DNA of 64,000 nucleotides from an uncultured Gemmatimonadales bacterium (GTDB taxonomy: Bacteria > Gemmatimonadota > Gemmatimonadetes > Gemmatimonadales > GWC2-71-9), in NCBI GenBank assembly GCA_963844035.1, contig CAWJMT010000009.1, forward strand, positions 64,001-128,000, read 5' to 3'. Positions within the stretch are counted from its first letter, which is position 1, and each line of letters begins with the position of its first letter. This document shows positions 1 to 9,891 of the stretch, in pieces. A program made the position numbers and the translations under genes. Under the pieces are notes generated by a model. It did no database searches and was not told the DNA's origin. It was given only the letters and a program-made list of their open reading frames with translations.

Positions 1-755
1 GGGCGGACTCACTTCGCCGTGCAGCGCTCAGCGTCGCCCAAACTCGGCCCGATTCCGCGCGCGCGATCCTGCGGCGACTGCTCGCCTCCCTGCCGCCAAG
101 CGACTCGCTCTACCCGGGCGTGCTGTTGACGGCGGCGCGGCTCGCAGCGGATGCGCCGACAGTCGCGACCTACCTGCAGCGCGTCGCGATCGAGTATAGC
201 CGCTCGGTGTGGGCCGACTCGGCACTGCTCCTGCTCACTCAGCTCAACTTCGCCCAGGGCGACCCCGCCGCCACCGTGCAGGCGACCGAACGCCTGCGGC
301 GTGACTACCCCGATTCGCCGCTTAAGCCCAGGGGCGCGTTCTGGGGTGCGCGGGCGTACTTCGATTTGAAGGACGATGCACGCGGGTGCGCCTTGATCCA
401 GGAGGCCCTGGCTGGCGCCGGCAGCGACGTCGAGTTCAGAAACCAGGTGTTATTCTACGCGTCACGCTGCACCAACCTGCCCCCGCCGGTGGCCGTGGTG
501 CCGCCGGACAGCGCTGGTCTCCCTGCGGGGTCGACGTACGCCGTCCAGGTTCTCGCCGTGAAGAGCGCACCCCAGGTGGACGACATGTTGAGCCGCCTCA
601 AGGTCATGGGTTTCGCGGCGCGGGTGGTGCGTGACACCAGCGGCCTCTTCAAGGTGAGAGTCGGCCGCTACGCCACTCGCGAGGAGGCGCAGCAGACGCA
701 GCGTAATCTGAAGACGCGGCTGGGAGGCCAGCCTTTCGTAGTGGTCGAGCCGTGA
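1..755 (+). CDS. TPR/BamD-like plus C-terminal SPOR domain protein (5' partial)
   Basis: Frame open from the window start; helical TPR-like repeats; C-terminal YAVQVLA...FKVRVGRYATREEA SPOR signature. Confidence 0.8.
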   Translation, partial: ADSLRRAALSVAQTRPDSARAILRRLLASLPPSDSLYPGVLLTAARLAADAPTVATYLQRVAIEYSRSVWADSALLLLTQLNFAQGDPAATVQATERLRRDYPDSPLKPRGAFWGARAYFDLKDDARGCALIQEALAGAGSDVEFRNQVLFYASRCTNLPPPVAVVPPDSAGLPAGSTYAVQVLAVKSAPQVDDMLSRLKVMGFAARVVRDTSGLFKVRVGRYATREEAQQTQRNLKTRLGGQPFVVVEP

Positions 756-3346
756 CGGCGCGCGTCGAGGCCGGGACCCCGCTGATGCAGCAGTACCGTG
801 AAATCAAGGCGCGGCACCCCGACACCATTCTGTTCTTCAGGATGGGCGATTTTTACGAAATGTTCGAGGACGACGCGCGTGTTGCCGCGCGCGACCTCGG
901 GCTCACACTGACGTCGCGGAACAACGGCGGCGCGGCGGAGGTGCCGCTCGCCGGCGTGCCCGTGAAGGCGGCGGCCGAGTACCTTCGGCGTCTGATCGCC
1001 AAGGGACACCGCGTCGCGATCTGCGAGCAGACCGAAGACCCCAAGCTCGCCAAGGGCCTGGTGCGGCGCGAGGTGGTGGAGACAGTGACGCCGGGAACGG
1101 TCCTCGCCGACGAATGGCTGGAGCGCAACCGCAACAACTATTTAGTCGCCGTCGACCCCCGGGGGAGCAACGCAGGTATCGCCGCTCTCGACCTGATCAC
1201 CGGCCAACTGATCCTCGAGACGGTGCCGGGCGCTGAATTGGGGCCGGCGCTGGGGCGCTACGAGGCTTCCGAGGTCGTGCTGCCCCAGAGTACGGCGCTG
1301 CCGCTGACCGACACGCCGGCACGCACCGAGCGTGACCACTGGGAATTCGATGCCGAGCTGGCGCGCACGGATTTGAGTCGCACGTTCGGACTGTCGTCGC
1401 TCGACGGCCTCGGGGTGGGGCCCGGGGACGAGCCGGCGCTCGGCGCGGCCGGCGCCCTGCTCCGCTACGCTCGGGAGCTCAAGCCCGGCGGCCTTCCCCA
1501 CATCTCCCGACCCACGATCGTACGGCGCGGCGACGTGCTGCCGCTCGATGACATGACACGCCGCAACCTGGAGCTGGTGGAGTCACTACGCCCAGGCACC
1601 ACCGGCGCAACCGTGCTCGACGTGCTGGACCGCACGCTCACCCCGCTGGGTGCACGGCTGTTGCGGCGCTGGCTGCTTGCCCCGCTGGTGGCGCCGGACG
1701 CGATCAACGCGCGGCTCGACTGCGTTGCCGTGCTGGTGGCGGACCAGCGCGGCCGGGACCGTCTGCGGGAAGCGCTGGACGGCGTGCGCGATCTGGAGCG
1801 TTTGGCCGGGCGGGCAGCCCTGGGCCGCGCGACCCCCCGAGAGTTGGGGGCGTTGCGCGACTCGATCCTCCGTCTTCCCGACGTGCAGGCGGCGCTCGAC
1901 GGGCTCGAGGCGCGCGGCGGGGCCGCCCTGCTCGAGCAGACCGCGGAGCGCTTCGATCTGTTGGGGGACGTGGGGAACGAGCTCGCTCGCGCACTCGTCG
2001 ACCGGCCACCCGCTCAGTTGAGCGACGGCGACGCGATTCGGGCGGGGTTCGATCGCGAGCTCGATGAACTCACCGACGCACGCGACGGCGGCAAGGAATA
2101 CATCGCGTCGCTGCAAACGCGGGAGCGGGAGCGGACCGGCATCCCTTCCCTCAAGGTCGGCTTCAACAAGGTGTTCGGCTACTACATCGAGGTCACGCGG
2201 CCGCATCTCGCGCGCGTGCCGGCGGATTTCGAGCGCCGGCAGACCGTGTCGGGCGCCGAACGATTCGTCACCGCCGATCTGAAGGAGCACGAAGCCAAGG
2301 TGCTCGGGGCGGAGGAGAAAATCGGAGCCCGGGAGGCGGTGCTGATCGAACGGCTCCGCGCCAGCGTGGCAGCCGCAATCGTGCGAATCCAGACGACCGC
2401 AACGCTGCTCGCCCAGCTCGACGTTTGGGGGGCGCTCGCGGACCTGGCGCACCGCGAGGGGTACGCCCGCCCGACGGTCGACGACGGGTTCGTGATCGAG
2501 CTCGAGGGCAGCCGCCACCCGGTCGTAGAGCGCATGATGCCTCGGGAAACGTTCATCCCGAACGACGTCCTGCTGGACGACGCCGGCCGGGTGATCGTCC
2601 TTACGGGGCCCAACATGGCGGGCAAGTCCACCTTGCTGCGGCAGATCGGCCTGTGCGTCCTGCTCGCCCAGATGGGCGCATTCGTGCCTGCGCGCCGGGC
2701 GCGCATCGGAGTGGTGGATCGCCTGTTCACACGCGTCGGCGCGTCGGACAACCTCGTGCGCGGCCAGTCCACGTTCATGGTGGAAATGAGCGAGACGAGC
2801 GCGATCCTCCACGGCGCGAGCGCCCGGAGCCTCGTGCTGCTCGACGAAATCGGGCGCGGCACGTCCACCTATGACGGGGTCGCCATCGCGTGGGCGGTGA
2901 CCGAATTCCTGCACAGCGCGATCGGGTGTAAGACGATCTTCGCGACGCACTACCACGAATTGACGCAGCTGACCGAGGAGCTGGCGCACGCGCGGAACTA
3001 CAACGTGGCGGTGCGCGAGGTGGGAGACGATGTCGTCTTCCTGCATCGGCTGGAGCCCGGGGGAGCCGATCGTTCGTACGGGATCCATGTGGGCCGGCTC
3101 GCCGGCCTGCCGGCGCCGGTGTTGTCGCGGGCACGAGAGGTGTTGCGGCTGCTCGAGGCCGGCCACCGCGTCGCGCACCAGCCCGCGCCGCCGCCGCCGG
3201 ACGCGCAGCAGCTCGCCCTGTTCGTCCCGGCGGCGCGGCACCCGCTGCTGGCAGAGCTCGATGGGCTGGACGTGAATGCTCTGTCACCGCTCGAGGCGCT
3301 GAACCGCCTGGCCGCGTGGAAAAAGCAGCTGGGCGGAGCGGCGTGA
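752..3346 (+). CDS. mutS: DNA mismatch repair protein MutS
   Basis: TPLMQQY, GDFYEMF, Walker A GPNMAGKST, STFMVEM, DEIGRGT, ATHYHEL. Confidence 0.98.
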   Translation: MTARVEAGTPLMQQYREIKARHPDTILFFRMGDFYEMFEDDARVAARDLGLTLTSRNNGGAAEVPLAGVPVKAAAEYLRRLIAKGHRVAICEQTEDPKLAKGLVRREVVETVTPGTVLADEWLERNRNNYLVAVDPRGSNAGIAALDLITGQLILETVPGAELGPALGRYEASEVVLPQSTALPLTDTPARTERDHWEFDAELARTDLSRTFGLSSLDGLGVGPGDEPALGAAGALLRYARELKPGGLPHISRPTIVRRGDVLPLDDMTRRNLELVESLRPGTTGATVLDVLDRTLTPLGARLLRRWLLAPLVAPDAINARLDCVAVLVADQRGRDRLREALDGVRDLERLAGRAALGRATPRELGALRDSILRLPDVQAALDGLEARGGAALLEQTAERFDLLGDVGNELARALVDRPPAQLSDGDAIRAGFDRELDELTDARDGGKEYIASLQTRERERTGIPSLKVGFNKVFGYYIEVTRPHLARVPADFERRQTVSGAERFVTADLKEHEAKVLGAEEKIGAREAVLIERLRASVAAAIVRIQTTATLLAQLDVWGALADLAHREGYARPTVDDGFVIELEGSRHPVVERMMPRETFIPNDVLLDDAGRVIVLTGPNMAGKSTLLRQIGLCVLLAQMGAFVPARRARIGVVDRLFTRVGASDNLVRGQSTFMVEMSETSAILHGASARSLVLLDEIGRGTSTYDGVAIAWAVTEFLHSAIGCKTIFATHYHELTQLTEELAHARNYNVAVREVGDDVVFLHRLEPGGADRSYGIHVGRLAGLPAPVLSRAREVLRLLEAGHRVAHQPAPPPPDAQQLALFVPAARHPLLAELDGLDVNALSPLEALNRLAAWKKQLGGAA

Positions 3347-3780
3347 CGTTACGGTATGGGCGGGCGATCGCGGTCGCGGCATTCTGTGCCGGCGCCGGCT
3401 GCGACAAACCGGCCCCGCCTCCCGGACAGGCAGCGACTACCCCGGCCCCCGCGGCCGATCAAGAGCCCCCGGTGGCGTTGAACGCGGACTCGCCCATTCA
3501 GTATCCGCCACGGCTGTTCGATCGCAGAGTGGAGGGCGACGTGGTGTTGCGGCTGTTCATCGATTCAACGGGTAAGGTGATACCGGAGTCATCGCGGGTG
3601 GGCGAGTCGAGCGGCTATCCCGCCCTGGATTCCGCGGCGCTCGCCGGGGCGAAGAAGCTGCGGTATGCGCCGGCGCGCCGGCGGGGATCGCCCGTGGCCA
3701 CCGCGTTCCTGCAACGCATCGAGTTCCGCCATCCGGAGGGCAACGTGCTCCAGGGGAGTCCCGATGCCTCCGCACGCTAG
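3343..3780 (+). CDS. TonB-family energy transducer (C-terminal domain)
   Basis: Pro-rich linker then YP...VEGDVVL...SSGYPALDSAAL; GTG start overlaps the mutS stop. Confidence 0.8.
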   Translation: MTLRYGRAIAVAAFCAGAGCDKPAPPPGQAATTPAPAADQEPPVALNADSPIQYPPRLFDRRVEGDVVLRLFIDSTGKVIPESSRVGESSGYPALDSAALAGAKKLRYAPARRRGSPVATAFLQRIEFRHPEGNVLQGSPDASAR

Positions 3781-5149
3781 ACCTTACGCGAACATTCTCG
3801 AAACGATCGGGTGGACGCCGCTGATCCGTTTGAACGCGGTGGCCTCAGGGATCCGCACGCCGGTGTACGCGAAGGCCGAGTTCTTCAACCCCGGCGGATC
3901 GGTCAAGGATCGGATCGGGCTCGCGATGATCGAAGCGGCCGAGCGGGAGGGCCAGCTCAAGCCGGGAGGGCTGATCGTCGAGGCAACGTCGGGCAACACC
4001 GGCGTCGGCCTCGCCATCGCGGCCGCTGTGAAGGGGTACCGGTGCATCTTCACGATGCCCGACAAGATGTCCCAGGAGAAGGCCCGGCTGCTCCGGGCAC
4101 TGGGCGCCGAGGTGGTGATCACGCCGACCGCGGTCCCGGCGGATCACCCCGAGAACTATATCGTGAAAGGCCGGGCCATCGCCGCCGCGCACCCGAACGC
4201 CGTGTTCGTGGACCAGCACTACAACCCGGTGAACCCCGAGGTCCACTATCGCACGACCGGGCCCGAGATCTGGGAGCAGACTGAGGGCCGCGTGACGCAC
4301 TTCGTCTGCTCCCCCGGAACCGGCGGCACGGTGAGCGGCGTCGGGCGGTACTTGAAGGAGCAGAACCCCAAGATCCGGGTGATCGCGGGCGATCCGGTCG
4401 GGTCGATCTACCTCCAGTACGCCAAGACCCATCAGAAGACCGACGGTCACCCCTATAAGGTCGAGGGGATCGGAGGCGATAAGATCCCGTCCTCGCTGCA
4501 TTGGGACGTCATCGACGAGTGGCAGGCGGTGAGTGACCAGGACGCGATGCTGATCGTCCGGCGCCTGGCGCGGGAGGAGGGCCTGTTCACCGGCGGGTCC
4601 ACCGGGGTGAACATCGTGAGCGCGCTGGACGTGGCGCGTCGCGTGAATGACCCAGCCGCGCTGGTGGTCACCGTCCTGGCCGATACCGGCGAGCGGTATC
4701 TCTCCAAGGTGTACAACGACGAGTGGCTGCGCGAAAATCAGATCCTCGAAGCGGAGCGGGTGACGGCTGGGCGGCTGGTGGGCGCGAAGGGCAACGGTGC
4801 CCCGCCACTGATCCACGTCGCTCCGCAAGCTACGGCGCGGCAGGCGCTCAATCTCATGAGCACGTACAACGTGTCGCAGCTCCCGGTGCTGGACGGCGGG
4901 GACGGGGTGGGCGCGGTGTCGGAGCAGGCGTTGATGGCGAAGGCCCTCGCGGAGCCGGGGACTTTGGACCGGCCGATCGGCGAGCTGATGGACCCGCCGT
5001 TTCCAGTTGTGGATGCCGATCTTCCCGTCGACCGCCTGACGACACTGCTGTCGCGCGGCACGCCGGCGGTGTTGATTCGCCACATGGGAACCATCACCGG
5101 AATCGTGACCCGGTATGACGTCCTGCATCAGCTCGCAGGGATTCAGTGA
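3764..5149 (+). CDS. cbs: Cystathionine beta-synthase with CBS domains
   Basis: NPGGSVKDRIG PLP lysine motif, TSGNTG, GTGGT, DTGERYLSK, C-terminal CBS pair. Confidence 0.9.
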   Translation: MPPHARPYANILETIGWTPLIRLNAVASGIRTPVYAKAEFFNPGGSVKDRIGLAMIEAAEREGQLKPGGLIVEATSGNTGVGLAIAAAVKGYRCIFTMPDKMSQEKARLLRALGAEVVITPTAVPADHPENYIVKGRAIAAAHPNAVFVDQHYNPVNPEVHYRTTGPEIWEQTEGRVTHFVCSPGTGGTVSGVGRYLKEQNPKIRVIAGDPVGSIYLQYAKTHQKTDGHPYKVEGIGGDKIPSSLHWDVIDEWQAVSDQDAMLIVRRLAREEGLFTGGSTGVNIVSALDVARRVNDPAALVVTVLADTGERYLSKVYNDEWLRENQILEAERVTAGRLVGAKGNGAPPLIHVAPQATARQALNLMSTYNVSQLPVLDGGDGVGAVSEQALMAKALAEPGTLDRPIGELMDPPFPVVDADLPVDRLTTLLSRGTPAVLIRHMGTITGIVTRYDVLHQLAGIQ

Positions 5150-6168
5150 TGCGCATAACCGTGCTGACGGGCGGCGCGACGCCCGAGCGCACCGTCGCGT
5201 TGGCGGGTGCGGCACAAATCGTCGCAGCGCTGCGGAGCCGCGGCCACACGGTGCGGGTAGTCGACACGACCCAGGGTCTCATGTCGGAGGGGGAGGAGAC
5301 CCGGCTGCTCGCGAGCACGGTCGGCGCGGGCCCGAGCGACGTGGGAGACCTGGAAGATCGCGAGCGCGCGATGCTGGGCAGCGGCCTCGCAAACCTGCCC
5401 GCGGTGCGCGATGCGGAGGTGCTGTTCCTGTCGGTGCACGGGGGCGCGGGGGAGGGTGGCGCGCTGCAGGCGGCACTCGACCTGCTCGGCGTGCCCTACA
5501 CGGGAAGCGGGCCGCTCGGGAGCGCGCTCGCGATGGACAAGGACCTGGCCAAACGCCTGTTCCGGGCCGCCGGCGTACCCGTACCAGCCTGGTTCATGGC
5601 CCCGGTCAGCCCGGAGGACGTGACCACCGCGCTCGGATGGCCGGTCATTGTGAAGCCGTCCCGCGGAGGATCGACCGTCGGGCTCTCGCTCGTCCAGAAC
5701 GCGAAGGGGCTGGACCAGGCGCTCCACCTCGCGGGGCGCTACGACGACGACGTGATGGTGGAGCAGTTCATCCCCGGGCGCGAGTTGACGGTTGGCATCC
5801 TGGGAGACGTCCCGTTGCCGGTGGGCGAGATCATTCCCAAGCACGAGTTGTTCGACTACGAGTGCAAGTACACGCCCGGAATGTCCCAAGAGATCTTTCC
5901 CGCCGACCTCGAGCCCAGCCTGGCGCGCCAGCTCCAGGAGCTGGCGCTGACAGCGCACCGCGCGCTGAAACTCGGGGGCTATTCCCGCGTTGACTTCCGT
6001 TTGAGCCCCGAGGGCGACATCTTTTGTTTGGAAGCCAATACGCTTCCTGGTATGACACGAACGAGCCTTCTCCCCCAGGCCGCCCGGGCCGCGGGGATCG
6101 AGTTTCCCGAGCTGTGCGAGCGTCTCTGCCGACTCGCTCGCACCCCCGGGAGTGGGCGCGGGAGATAA
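5146..6168 (+). CDS. ddl: D-alanine--D-alanine ligase
   Basis: HGGAGEGG, MDK, KPSRGGST, FDYECKY, EANTLPGMT. Confidence 0.93.
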   Translation: MMRITVLTGGATPERTVALAGAAQIVAALRSRGHTVRVVDTTQGLMSEGEETRLLASTVGAGPSDVGDLEDRERAMLGSGLANLPAVRDAEVLFLSVHGGAGEGGALQAALDLLGVPYTGSGPLGSALAMDKDLAKRLFRAAGVPVPAWFMAPVSPEDVTTALGWPVIVKPSRGGSTVGLSLVQNAKGLDQALHLAGRYDDDVMVEQFIPGRELTVGILGDVPLPVGEIIPKHELFDYECKYTPGMSQEIFPADLEPSLARQLQELALTAHRALKLGGYSRVDFRLSPEGDIFCLEANTLPGMTRTSLLPQAARAAGIEFPELCERLCRLARTPGSGRGR

Positions 6169-6171
6169 GCT

Positions 6172-7008
6172 GTGATAGACGCGCCGCGAATGTTTGGCAT
6201 GACCCCGTGGGTGCGACGGTTGCTCGTCGCCAACCTCCTCGTGTTCCTGTGCCAAAAAACGGTTCTGGTGGACCCGCGCTTCCAGGTGATTTTCGGCTTT
6301 CAGCCCCTGGACGCGGCGGCACGACCGTGGACGTTCGCAACGTACATGTTCCTGCACGGCGGCCTGCTGCACCTCGCGTTCAACATGCTCGCGTTGTTCA
6401 TGTTCGGACCGCCGGTCGAGGAGCGGATGGGCAGCCGGTCGTTCCTGACCTACTACGGCCTGTGCGGCCTTGGTGGGGCGGCGTTTTCCTTCCTGCTCAT
6501 GCAGATCCGCCCTGTGGACCATCCGATCGTCGGGGCGTCAGCGGCGATCTACGGTGTGCTGCTCGCGTTCGCGTGGGCGTGGCCCGACCAGCCGATCTAC
6601 GTCTTCCCGTTCCCGGCGCCGATCCCCGCGAAATGGCTGGTGACGTTCGCGGTGGTGATCTCGCTCGTGCTCGCGCTGCTCGACCTGTCGAGCGGGGTCG
6701 CGCATCTCGCGCACCTGGGCGGGTTCGCCACAGGGTTCCTCTACCTCAAGGCGTCGGACTGGCGCCTGGCACAAGCGGAGCGCCAGGTGCGCCGCACGGC
6801 CCAGCCGAGCGTGGTGGTGCAGTCCGCGCGCACGGCTGGCGGGGGCGACGCGAGCCGCAAGCCGCGTCCGGCATCGGAGCGGGACACCTCGGCGGCAGAG
6901 ATCGATCGCGTGCTCGACAAGATCTCGGCTCGCGGCATCGAGAGCCTCACGCCGGCGGAGCGGAAGTTTCTGTCGGAGACCAGTCGCAAGATGCGCGGCA
7001 AGCCGTAA
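6172..7008 (+). CDS. Rhomboid-family intramembrane serine protease
   Basis: HLAFNM, GASA catalytic Ser, AHLGG catalytic His, multiple TM segments. Confidence 0.92.
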   Translation: MIDAPRMFGMTPWVRRLLVANLLVFLCQKTVLVDPRFQVIFGFQPLDAAARPWTFATYMFLHGGLLHLAFNMLALFMFGPPVEERMGSRSFLTYYGLCGLGGAAFSFLLMQIRPVDHPIVGASAAIYGVLLAFAWAWPDQPIYVFPFPAPIPAKWLVTFAVVISLVLALLDLSSGVAHLAHLGGFATGFLYLKASDWRLAQAERQVRRTAQPSVVVQSARTAGGGDASRKPRPASERDTSAAEIDRVLDKISARGIESLTPAERKFLSETSRKMRGKP

Positions 7009-7121
7009 GGCGCGCCGCACAGAATGTCAAGGCGGCGCCGCGCGCGCCCGCCGACACGCTCCCACAACACGTGCTTGTCACTCCGGCGACCGCTTCCCAG
7101 ATTGGAGCGGCCAATCGCTCC

Positions 7122-8066
7122 ATGCTCGTCAACCTCGTGCCGGAATTCCTCGCGGTGCTCGCCGCGCCCGACCCCACGGTCGCGTATCGGCGCTATATGG
7201 AGCGCCATCGACCGATCCTCGCCGCGTACTGGCAGAACTACGTTCTCGATCCGGAGTCGCCGCACGCCGCGGATGTGATCGCCGGCACGCTCCGGGCCGA
7301 CCGCAGCGATCTGCATCGTCTGCTCGACGACGTGGACGTCGCATCCATCGCCGAGGACGCGCTGCAACGCACGCTCGCCCAGCTCGAGGCCGACTGTCCG
7401 GTGGACTTGTACCTCACGGTGGGAGTGGGCGCGGCCAACGCCGGTGAGCTGGTGGTCGGCGGCCGCGGCATCGCGGTGGTGTGCCTGGAGCATTTCACCG
7501 GACGGGCCAACCCCGAGACCTTCGGGTTGGGGCTCGCTCCGCATCTGCTGCCGCTATGGATTGCACACGAGGTGGCGCACGCCGTCCGCTACACTTCGCC
7601 GACGAGCCGTGCCGACCTGAAGCGCCTGGTCGCGGAGGCGCGCGGCAATTACGACTACTGGGACACGGGGAGCCGGGCCACGCTGCGGGAGCTGCTCGTG
7701 AACGAGGGGGTCGCGGTCGCCACCGCGCAGGCGGTAGCGCCCGGATTCGAGCCGTGGTCGTACCTCGGCTACACGCGCCGGCAGTATCGGCGTTGCCGCG
7801 AGCTGGACGCGTTCCTGCTGCGGGTGGTTGGCCCCGAGCTCGATCAGCAAGGCCTGGGGCTGCGGCTGCGGTACCTGTCGGGCGGCATGCGGCCCACGGC
7901 GCGAGTCGCGAGCGGTAAGGTGCTCCCCGAGCGATCCGGGTACTACGTCGGGCTGCGGTTAGTGGAGCCCTTCCTCGCCGAAGCCGGCCTCGCGTCCGCC
8001 GTGCGGGCCGATGCGAGTGAGTTCCGCCAGGCGGACAACCGGGCTTTGGGGATCCAGTCCGCGTGA
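7122..8066 (+). CDS. Putative Zn-dependent protease (DUF2268-like)
   Basis: AHEVAH zinc motif, downstream NEGVA, GYYVG. Confidence 0.6.
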   Translation: MLVNLVPEFLAVLAAPDPTVAYRRYMERHRPILAAYWQNYVLDPESPHAADVIAGTLRADRSDLHRLLDDVDVASIAEDALQRTLAQLEADCPVDLYLTVGVGAANAGELVVGGRGIAVVCLEHFTGRANPETFGLGLAPHLLPLWIAHEVAHAVRYTSPTSRADLKRLVAEARGNYDYWDTGSRATLRELLVNEGVAVATAQAVAPGFEPWSYLGYTRRQYRRCRELDAFLLRVVGPELDQQGLGLRLRYLSGGMRPTARVASGKVLPERSGYYVGLRLVEPFLAEAGLASAVRADASEFRQADNRALGIQSA

Positions 8067-8263
8067 GCCCGAAACCCCGAGAAGAGCGCCGGCACAACCG
8101 GCCGCTGCGCGAAGTGTTGGACGAGCTGATGCATCACTCACGCGATGTGGCCAAGCGTGCCAAGACGATGACCGCCGCAGAAATGGACTACGCGCAACAG
8201 CGTCTCGAGTGGCTGGCGGACGAGGTGTGGCGCCTGGCCGCGGGAACCCCGCCCCCCGATTGA
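8063..8263 (+). CDS. Small helical hypothetical protein
   Basis: 66-aa ORF with GTGA overlap to the upstream gene and typical codon usage. Confidence 0.55.
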   Translation: MSPKPREERRHNRPLREVLDELMHHSRDVAKRAKTMTAAEMDYAQQRLEWLADEVWRLAAGTPPPD

Positions 8264-8303
8264 TTAGCGCCGGCGACGTGCTCGTTTCGGAACGCCGCCG
8301 CTC

Positions 8304-8336
8304 TTGACACCCCCAGAAGGCGCGGGCACGTTAGCT
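8304..8336 (+). promoter_or_regulatory. Putative sigma70 promoter of the C1 operon
   Basis: Perfect TTGACA at 8304-8309; weak -10 (CACGTT) 17 bp downstream. Confidence 0.4.
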
Positions 8337-8484
8337 CCCTCTCCAAGGATTTCTGGAAGGGCTACCCGCAGCAGCGGGACCGCGTGGCTTCGACGTCACA
8401 CCATGCCACGCCGCTCCAATATTCAGATGGGACTCAAAGCCCCAGCGCAGGTTTAGCGCATCACCTCGGAATCGGGAGGGGTTT

Positions 8485-9000
8485 ATGGCCGCGGATTTCT
8501 TTTTGGGAGAATCGCTGGTGGGCGAGGGCAACGAGGTCGCCCACGTTGATCTGATCATCGGATCCAAGATGGGCCCCGCAGGACAGGCATTCACGCAGGC
8601 GCTGTCGCGCAACAGCGACGGGTTCACCACGTTGCTGGCCGTCGTGGCGCCAAACCTGCCGGCGAAGCCGGACACGCTGCTGTTCAACAAGGTCACGATC
8701 AAGGGTGCGGCCCAGGCGGTACAGATGTTCGGACCGGCACAGGCGGCGGTCGCCCGCGCGGTCGTGGACTCCGTCGCGTCGGGGGTGATCCCGCGCGCCA
8801 AAGCGGACGACTACTGCATTCTGGTGGGCGTGTTCATCCATTGGCAGGCGAAGGACGACAAGAAGATCTTCAAGTACAACTATCAGGCGACCAAGGAATC
8901 GATTGAGCGCGCCCTGAAGGGCCAGCCCACGCTGGACGCCGTGATCAGCGGCGCGAAGACCGCCACCCATCCGTTTGCCGGCGGCGCCGACAAGAGCTGA
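8485..9000 (+). CDS. fae: Formaldehyde-activating enzyme
   Basis: [52 protein letters not shown]. Confidence 0.96.
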   Translation: MAADFFLGESLVGEGNEVAHVDLIIGSKMGPAGQAFTQALSRNSDGFTTLLAVVAPNLPAKPDTLLFNKVTIKGAAQAVQMFGPAQAAVARAVVDSVASGVIPRAKADDYCILVGVFIHWQAKDDKKIFKYNYQATKESIERALKGQPTLDAVISGAKTATHPFAGGADKS

Positions 9001-9012
9001 CGCTCACGGCAG

Positions 9013-9886
9013 ATGCGCAGGATTCTGGTGCAACTCGACAGCTCCCGGCTGCCGAGCGTGTTCGACCGCGTTGTCGCGTACGATGCCGGCGCGGACGAGG
9101 TGCTGAGCTACGGCGCCGTCACGGAAAGCGATGTTCGCGATCTCGTGCACGGATGCATTTTCACCCGTGGCCCCAAGGACCTGAAGCACACCGCGGTGTT
9201 CATCGGGGGGAGGGACTTAGCGGCGGGGGAGCGCCTGCTCGCCGCCGCGCGCAAGGCGTTGTTCCCGCCCTTCACCGTCTCCTTGATGCTCGATTCCAAC
9301 GGCTCGAACACGACCGCGGTTGCCGCGGTAGCGCGACTGCTCGAGGCCGCGGGGGGCGCGCGCGGTCAGCGCGCCGTGGTGATCGCGGGGAGCGGCCCGG
9401 TCGGGGCGCGAGCTGCCGGGCTGCTCGCGAAGGCTGGGGCCGACGTGCTCATCACGTCGCGCCATGCCGATAGCGGGGAGCGGGCACGCGATGCGATCCT
9501 CCGGCGGTTCGGGGGCAGTGTGCGATCGGCCCCGGCCGGCACGCCCGACGAGATCGCACGGGCGCGTCGAGGGCGCCACGCTGCTCCTGAACGCCGGTCC
9601 CGCCGGCGTGCCGGTCGTGGGCAAGAGCGCCTGGGCCGGCCGACCCGGCCTGCGCGTCGCTGCCGACTTGAACGCCGTCCCACCCCTCGGCATCGAGGGG
9701 ATTACCGCCGCCGATGACGGGGTGACGAAGGACGGCGTGATCTGCCTGGGCGCGCTCGCGATCGGCAACGTGAAGATGAAGCTGCACAAGGCCTGTATCG
9801 GACGCCTGTTCGAGCGCAACGACCTGGTGCTGGACGCCGAAACAATTGCCGACGTCGCGCAAGAGTTGCGGACGTCCAAGGCGTAG
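9013..9886 (+). CDS. mtd: NAD(P)-dependent methylene-H4MPT dehydrogenase (Mtd family), frameshift near 9560
   Basis: SVFDRVVAYDAG, FTRGP, DSNGSNTTA, GSGPVG; continues in a second frame with DLNAVPPLGIEG, GALAIGNVK. Confidence 0.88.
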
Positions 9887-9891
9887 CGGCC

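Noticed and set aside
1586..3241. Long antisense and alternate-frame ORFs (e.g. 551 aa opposite mutS and many similar ones)
   Set aside because: Expected shadow ORFs in high-GC coding DNA; no recognisable motifs and fully overlapping clear genes
8368..8420. THF riboswitch (superficial similarity GTCACAC...CCGCTCCA)
   Set aside because: Conserved core elements and three-way junction not found; kept only as an unassigned structured leader
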